From NCBI GenBank assembly GCA_041634935.1, contig JBFJKO010000001.1, positions 1 through 39,102 of the forward strand: a stretch of 39,102 nt of DNA. The letters are read 5' to 3'. Both the position numbers and the translations under genes were made by a program. The notes under the pieces were generated by a model, which ran no database searches, was not told where the DNA came from, and saw only the letters and a list, made by a program, of their open reading frames with translations. The stretch is from Nocardioides sp. (GTDB lineage: Bacteria > Actinomycetota > Actinomycetes > Propionibacteriales > Nocardioidaceae). Shown here piece by piece: positions 37,208-39,102 of this stretch (the first letter of the stretch is position 1; each line of letters begins with the position of its first letter).

Positions 37208-39102
37208 GTGAGCATCCTCGATGACGCCCGCGAGGGCATGAACCCCGACATCCGCCCGCAGGACGACCTCTTCGGCCACGTCAACGGTCGCTGGCTCGAC
37301 GAGGTCGAGATCCCCTCCGACCGCTCGAGCTGGGGCCCCTTCGTGCAGCTCGCGGACGCCGCCGAGCAGCACGTCAAGGAGATCATCACCGAGCTCGGCG
37401 ACAAGGTCGCCTCGGGCGCCGAGGTCGAGGGCGCCGACGCCGAGGACGCCCGCAAGATCGGCGACCTCTACGCCTCGTTCATGAACACCGAGGCGATCGA
37501 CGCCCGCGGCCTCGAGCCGCTGCGTCCGCTCCTGGCCGCCGTCGACGCCCTGCGCGACGTGCGTGACCTCGCGGCCTTCCTCGGGGAGTTCGAGCGGATC
37601 GGCGGTCACGGCATCTTCGGGTCGTACGTCGACACCGACGCGCGCGACTCCGACCGCTACCTCCTCCACCTCGTCCAGGGCGGCCTCGGCCTCCCCGACG
37701 AGTCCTACTACCGCGACGACAAGTTCGCCGAGCAGCGCGAGGCCTACGTCGCCTACCTCACCGCCCTGCTGACCCTCGGCGAGCACGAGGACCCGGCGGC
37801 CGCGGCGCGCACGGTCTTCGAGATCGACTCGCAGATCGCCATCGGTCACTGGGAGCGCGCCGACACCCGCGACGTGCAGAAGACCTACAACCTGCTCAGC
37901 CACGACGAGCTGCTCGCGCTCTGCCCGAGCTTCGACTTCGACGCCTACACCAAGAACCTCGCGGGCCCCGACGTCTCGGCCGAGGCCGTGCTGGCCGAGG
38001 TGATCGTCAAGCAGCCCTCGTTCTTCGAGCACCTGTCGCGCGTGCTGGACGACGTCCCGCTCGCCGACCTCAAGGCCTGGCTGCTCAGCCACGTGCTGCG
38101 CTCGGGCGCGCCGTACCTCACCGACGACTTCGTCGAGACCAACTTCGACTTCTACGGCCGCACCCTGAGTGGCACGCCCGAGCTGCGGGCCCGCTGGAAG
38201 CGCGCGGTCTCCTTCGTCGAGGGCGCGGTGGGCGAGGCCGTCGGCAAGGAGTACGTCGCGCGCCACTTCCCGCCCAGCTCGAAGGCGCTGATGGACGACC
38301 TCGTCGCCAACCTGCTGGCCGCCTACCGGGTCTCGATCGAGGCGCTCGACTGGATGACCGAGGAGACCAAGGAGCGGGCCTACGAGAAGCTCGAGACCTT
38401 CCGCCCGAAGATCGGCTACCCGGAGAAGTTCCGCGACTACTCCAGCCTCGTCGTCACCGCCGACGACCTCGTCGCCAACGCTCACGCCGCGGCGGCGTTC
38501 GCGACCGACCGCGAGCTCGCCAAGATCGGCGCCCCCGTCGACCGCGACGAGTGGTTCATGCTGCCGCAGACGGTCAACGCCTACTACAACCCCGGCACCA
38601 ACGAGATCTGCTTCCCCGCCGGCATCCTGCAGAAGCCGTTCTTCAGCCCCGACGCCGACCCGGCCGAGAACTACGGCGGGATCGGTGCCGTCATCGGCCA
38701 CGAGATCGGGCACGGCTTCGACGACCAGGGCGCCCAGTACGACGGCCATGGCAACCTCAACGACTGGTGGACCTCCGACGACAAGGCGGCCTTCGAGGTC
38801 AAGTCGAAGGCCCTCGTGGCGCAGTACGACGAGTTCTCACCACGCGCGCTGCCCGACGAGAAGGTCAACGGCCAGCTGACCGTCGGGGAGAACATCGGCG
38901 ACCTCGGTGGTCTGACCATCGGGCACAAGGCCTACGTGATCAGCACCGACGGCGCCGCCACCGACGAGGAGCGCCGCAAGGTCTTCCTCAACTGGGCGTT
39001 CGTGTGGCGCACCAAGCGTCGCAAGGAGCAGGAGCAGCAGTACCTCACGATCGACCCGCACAGCCCGCCGGAGTTCCGCGCCAACATCGTGCGCAACCTC
39101 GA
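37208..39102 (+). CDS. M13 family (neprilysin/PepO/Zmp1-like) metallopeptidase, 3'-truncated; absent from the ORF track
   Basis: GTG at 37208, frame open to the window end: IRPQDDLFGHVNGRWL, GGLGLPDESYY, VNAYYNP, VIGHEIGHGFDDQG (HExxH), GENIGD, DPHSP. Confidence 0.95.
   Translation, partial: MSILDDAREGMNPDIRPQDDLFGHVNGRWLDEVEIPSDRSSWGPFVQLADAAEQHVKEIITELGDKVASGAEVEGADAEDARKIGDLYASFMNTEAIDARGLEPLRPLLAAVDALRDVRDLAAFLGEFERIGGHGIFGSYVDTDARDSDRYLLHLVQGGLGLPDESYYRDDKFAEQREAYVAYLTALLTLGEHEDPAAAARTVFEIDSQIAIGHWERADTRDVQKTYNLLSHDELLALCPSFDFDAYTKNLAGPDVSAEAVLAEVIVKQPSFFEHLSRVLDDVPLADLKAWLLSHVLRSGAPYLTDDFVETNFDFYGRTLSGTPELRARWKRAVSFVEGAVGEAVGKEYVARHFPPSSKALMDDLVANLLAAYRVSIEALDWMTEETKERAYEKLETFRPKIGYPEKFRDYSSLVVTADDLVANAHAAAAFATDRELAKIGAPVDRDEWFMLPQTVNAYYNPGTNEICFPAGILQKPFFSPDADPAENYGGIGAVIGHEIGHGFDDQGAQYDGHGNLNDWWTSDDKAAFEVKSKALVAQYDEFSPRALPDEKVNGQLTVGENIGDLGGLTIGHKAYVISTDGAATDEERRKVFLNWAFVWRTKRRKEQEQQYLTIDPHSPPEFRANIVRNL

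Overview
High-GC actinobacterial chromosome segment just downstream of the replication origin; gene content suggests Nocardioides/Nocardioidaceae (inference). Conserved backbone: gyrB (5'-truncated)-gyrA-DUF3566-tRNA-Ile-DLW-39 peptide-tRNA-Ala, then ppiA-rhomboid, crgA/DUF881, the fhaA-fhaB-pstP-rodA-pbpA-pknA-pknB operon and tRNA-Leu. Accessory content: a degenerate SmtB/ArsR gene coupled to a His-rich plus twin 9-Cys metallothionein-like gene, an orphan GAF histidine kinase, an SDR-nitroreductase-peroxidase-SRPBCC cluster, malic enzyme, an alkane-oxidation cluster (AlkB-rubredoxin fusion, [3Fe-4S]-type ferredoxin, TetR) with a clear promoter and double operator, an M15 peptidase lipoprotein, an esterase, a quinone oxidoreductase, a class F sortase with its likely substrate, an ABM protein and a 3'-truncated M13 peptidase. 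Non-coding signals: a DnaA-box cluster next to crgA, a parS palindrome inside fhaA, an MtrA-type direct repeat, many leaderless promoters and a structured element between gyrB and gyrA. A probable sequencing artefact puts a stop codon in the rhomboid N-terminus. No CRISPR array, prophage, integrase or transposase was seen. All family calls are by motif recognition; no searches were run.
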